Source: Fastidiosibacter lacustris
GTDB lineage: Bacteria > Pseudomonadota > Gammaproteobacteria > Francisellales > Francisellaceae
NCBI RefSeq assembly: GCF_003428155.1
Contig: NZ_QLIR01000001.1
Span: 180,001 to 212,000 of the forward strand
Reading direction: 5' to 3'
DNA: 32,000 bases
Both the position numbers and the translations under genes were made by a program. The stretch's first letter is position 1. Every line of letters starts with the position of its first letter. Shown piece by piece: positions 29,394 to 32,000 of this stretch. Below the pieces are notes generated by a model that made no database searches, was not told the origin of the DNA, and saw only the letters and a list, made by a program, of their open reading frames with translations.

Positions 29394-30596
29394 ATGCGTA
29401 ATCATATTGAACAAACTTTAGAAATAATTAAGCGTGGCGCCGATGAGGTCTTGGTTGAAGAAGATTTAATTGAGAAATTAAAGCAAAATAGACCACTTAT
29501 CGTAAAATTTGGTTGCGACCCAACAGCTCCTGATATCCATCTAGGGCATACCGTTGTGATCAACAAACTACGTCAGTTACAAGATTTAGGACATGAAATA
29601 CACTTTTTAATTGGCAATTTCACGGCACAAATCGGAGATCCAACGGGAAAGAATACGACTCGACCACCACTTAGTGCCAAAGAAGTAGAAGAAAATGCCA
29701 AAACTTATCAGACACAGATTTTTAAGATCCTGGATAAGGAAAAAACAGTTGTTAAGCGTAATGGTGATTGGTTTAATAATATGAGTGCGAGTGATATGAT
29801 CAAACTTGCCTCTAAACAAACAGTTGCAAGAATGCTTGAGCGCGATGATTTTTCTAAACGTTATAAATCAGGTCAAACCATTGCGATTCATGAATTTTTA
29901 TATCCCCTTGTTCAAGGTTATGATTCTGTTGCAATGCACGCGGACATTGAGTTAGGTGGAACTGACCAAAAATTTAATTTGTTGATGGGACGAGAATTAC
30001 AAAAGCAAGCAAATCAGCCACCACAAATCATTATTACTATGCCATTGTTAGAAGGTTTAGATGGTGTTAAAAAAATGTCTAAATCTGCTAACAATTACAT
30101 TGGTATTGAAGAGTCTGCACAAGAGATGTGTGGTAAAATCATGTCAATTTCAGATGAGCTGATGTGGCGTTATTACGAGCTTTTAAGTTTTAAACCAATG
30201 GCAGAAATAAACGCACTAAAACAAGCTGTTCAAAATGGTCAAAACCCACGTGATGTTAAAATTGAGCTCGCAAAAGAAATTATTGCACGTTTCCGTAGTG
30301 AAGAAGAAGCCAATAGAGCGCATCAGGACTTTATTGACCGCTTCCAAAAAAATCAAATTCCAGATAATATTCCTGAAGAAACCATTACTATCGCTCAAGA
30401 CAGAATACCAATTGCCAACCTTCTGAAACTTGTAGGTCTTGTATCTAGTACATCGGAAGCCATTCGCATGATCAAGCAAGGTGCTGTCAAAATAAATGGT
30501 GATAGAATTGATGATACTCAGTTGGTATTAAAGCAACAAACCTCAGATATTTATCAAGTTGGGAAAAGAAAGTTTGCTAAGATTAACTTGATATAA
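29394..30596 (+). CDS. tyrS: Tyrosyl-tRNA synthetase
   Basis: [77 protein letters not shown] (KMSKS motif) and a C-terminal S4-like domain. Likely start at Met 29394; the listed ORF starts at 29262. Confidence 0.95.
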   Translation: MRNHIEQTLEIIKRGADEVLVEEDLIEKLKQNRPLIVKFGCDPTAPDIHLGHTVVINKLRQLQDLGHEIHFLIGNFTAQIGDPTGKNTTRPPLSAKEVEENAKTYQTQIFKILDKEKTVVKRNGDWFNNMSASDMIKLASKQTVARMLERDDFSKRYKSGQTIAIHEFLYPLVQGYDSVAMHADIELGGTDQKFNLLMGRELQKQANQPPQIIITMPLLEGLDGVKKMSKSANNYIGIEESAQEMCGKIMSISDELMWRYYELLSFKPMAEINALKQAVQNGQNPRDVKIELAKEIIARFRSEEEANRAHQDFIDRFQKNQIPDNIPEETITIAQDRIPIANLLKLVGLVSSTSEAIRMIKQGAVKINGDRIDDTQLVLKQQTSDIYQVGKRKFAKINLI

Positions 30597-30615
30597 AAGG
30601 GGTATAGGAGAAAAT

Positions 30616-30813
30616 ATGGAAAAGTTTATTCAGGAAGTGCTAGTTGTTTTTATTGCAATAACGGCAATCGTTGTGTTATTTCACGTTTTTATTTTTTTAT
30701 TTTGGATATTGCTTTTTGCGATAGCTATTACGATTGTTTATCGCATTATTAAATTTATTGTTAATCTGTTCCTACCTAAAAAGAATAATGTGATTGAGCA
30801 CGAAGATTTGTAG
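30616..30813 (+). CDS. Small hydrophobic membrane protein, unknown function
   Basis: 65-aa ORF preceded by AGGAG (30608-30612 region). Two predicted hydrophobic stretches followed by a charged tail LPKKNNVIEHEDL. Confidence 0.6.
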   Translation: MEKFIQEVLVVFIAITAIVVLFHVFIFLFWILLFAIAITIVYRIIKFIVNLFLPKKNNVIEHEDL

Positions 30814-30828
30814 GTATTACAGACGAAT

Positions 30829-31464
30829 ATGTGCTTTAAAATGATGGCTTCTTTGAAACACCTAATTGGGGCATTTTCATTGGTGATGTTTATGAGCAGT
30901 TGTTCAGAGCAGCGGCAACCTCAAATTAGTAAAAAAGATTTGCAAAGTGGTGAATATGCTCACGAGCTGCGTGCGCATTTGGATGTAAGAGTTGAACAGT
31001 TACAACTTTTATTTAGTAGTAAGAGAATTCTTCAAACTTTAGAATATGCAAATCAGCATTTATCAGAAGAGGGGTTCTTATCCCCAGTGCATTATCAAGC
31101 CTTAGATCAAGATATGCAAAAGTCTCGTGATACCTATAATGTTCAATTGCTTCTTTACAATGCTTGTGCGATTAAAATAAAGCAGTTTCAGGCAGAGCAT
31201 CCAGCCTTTGCTGAAATTTTTATAACGAATTTAGTTGGGATGAACGTTTGTCAAACAAACATGACCACAGATTTTTATCAGGCAGATGAAGATTGGTGGA
31301 AAAATAGCTATAACAATGGCAAAGGCAAGTTGTTATACGGTGAAATTGAATATGATACTAGTGCTGCTGAAATTGTAGTGCCTATTTACATGCCAATTTA
31401 TGATTCTCATATACTTATTGGTATTGCTAAAGTGTTGGTATCGGTGAATAGTATTTATAACTAA
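30829..31464 (+). CDS. Putative lipoprotein with a Cache-like sensor domain
   Basis: Signal and lipobox LIGAFSLVMFMSSC|S, then a Cache-like segment: FAEIFITNLVGMNVCQTNMTTDFYQADEDWWKNSYNNGKGKLLYGEIEYDTSAAEIVVPIYMPIYDSHILIGIAKVLVSV. Confidence 0.65.
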   Translation: MCFKMMASLKHLIGAFSLVMFMSSCSEQRQPQISKKDLQSGEYAHELRAHLDVRVEQLQLLFSSKRILQTLEYANQHLSEEGFLSPVHYQALDQDMQKSRDTYNVQLLLYNACAIKIKQFQAEHPAFAEIFITNLVGMNVCQTNMTTDFYQADEDWWKNSYNNGKGKLLYGEIEYDTSAAEIVVPIYMPIYDSHILIGIAKVLVSVNSIYN

Positions 31465-31588
31465 TATCAATATTGTTGCATCTTCATATTGATACAAAGT
31501 TGCAAATTTTCTTTGTCACACCGTAAAAGGAATGTTATGTTAGACGCACAGTTTTTGCTGTTTTTTTTTGAAGGATTAATATTCTTTT

Positions 31589-32000
31589 ATGCAATTAGCA
31601 ACACGATATGGTCAGTTTGGTGGCTGTTATGCTCCTGAAAGCTTAATTCCGACGTTAACTGAGATTGAACAAGGTTTTATCGAAATTCAAAAGGATCAAA
31701 CTTTTCAAGATGAGCTTCAACGTATGTTACGTGATTATGCTGGACGTGAAACGCCCATTACTTTTATGCGTAATCTTTCTTCTGAATATAATATTCATCT
31801 GTATTTAAAGCGCGAGGATTTATTGCATGGTGGCGCCCATAAAACCAATAATACAATTGGTCAGATGCTGTTAGCAAAATATTTAGGCAAAAAACGGGTC
31901 ATTGCCGAGACTGGAGCTGGGCAACATGGTGTAGCAACAGCTATGACAGGAGCGATGCTAGGTCTTGATGTTGAAATCTATATGGGTGCGGTTGATATTG
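31589..32000 (+). CDS. trpB: Tryptophan synthase beta subunit, truncated at the window edge
   Basis: MQLATRYGQFGGYAPESLIPTLTEIEQGF...LYLKREDLLHGGAHKTNNTIGQMLLAKYLGKKRVIAETGAGQHGVATAMTGAMLGLDVEIYMG, including the PLP lysine motif HKTNN. Confidence 0.96.
   Translation, partial: MQLATRYGQFGGCYAPESLIPTLTEIEQGFIEIQKDQTFQDELQRMLRDYAGRETPITFMRNLSSEYNIHLYLKREDLLHGGAHKTNNTIGQMLLAKYLGKKRVIAETGAGQHGVATAMTGAMLGLDVEIYMGAVDI

Noticed and set aside
31561-31569. T9 tract as a programmed frameshift site feeding into trpB
   Set aside because: The trpB frame has a TAA at 31577-31579 between the tract and the trpB ATG, so slippage could not produce a fusion.

Overview
This window is mostly conserved housekeeping sequence from an AT-rich gammaproteobacterium. 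Francisellales/Fastidiosibacteraceae-like affiliation is only a guess from gene content. In order it carries: yhbY (partial), hemB, a CAU-anticodon tRNA, ppk2, an LPS-core/isoprenoid run (hldD-waaA-ispA-zf-CHCC-waaF), a secreted-type chorismate mutase, divergent epmB/efp, orn, a ~1275-aa lipoprotein with tandem Ig-like repeats, a POT transporter, tcdA, argS, pcs-like, a stand-alone cupin, a TSUP permease, ppa, an NmrA-like/TetR cassette, mdh, mutS, tyrS, a small membrane protein, a Cache-like lipoprotein and trpB (partial). I found no convincing new multi-gene defence or mobile system. The items most worth a second look are: (i) the large lipoprotein with three divergent repeats; (ii) a perfect 30-bp palindrome between the NmrA-like and TetR genes, with a matching half-site upstream of tetR; (iii) three gene relics recovered only by reading across frames or stops (an ftsI N-terminus, a PAS-domain gene and an IS481-like transposase); (iv) the chorismate mutase with an ambiguous start and signal peptide; (v) a Cache-like sensor domain made as a stand-alone lipoprotein. 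All family assignments come from motif recognition by eye. No database search was run.
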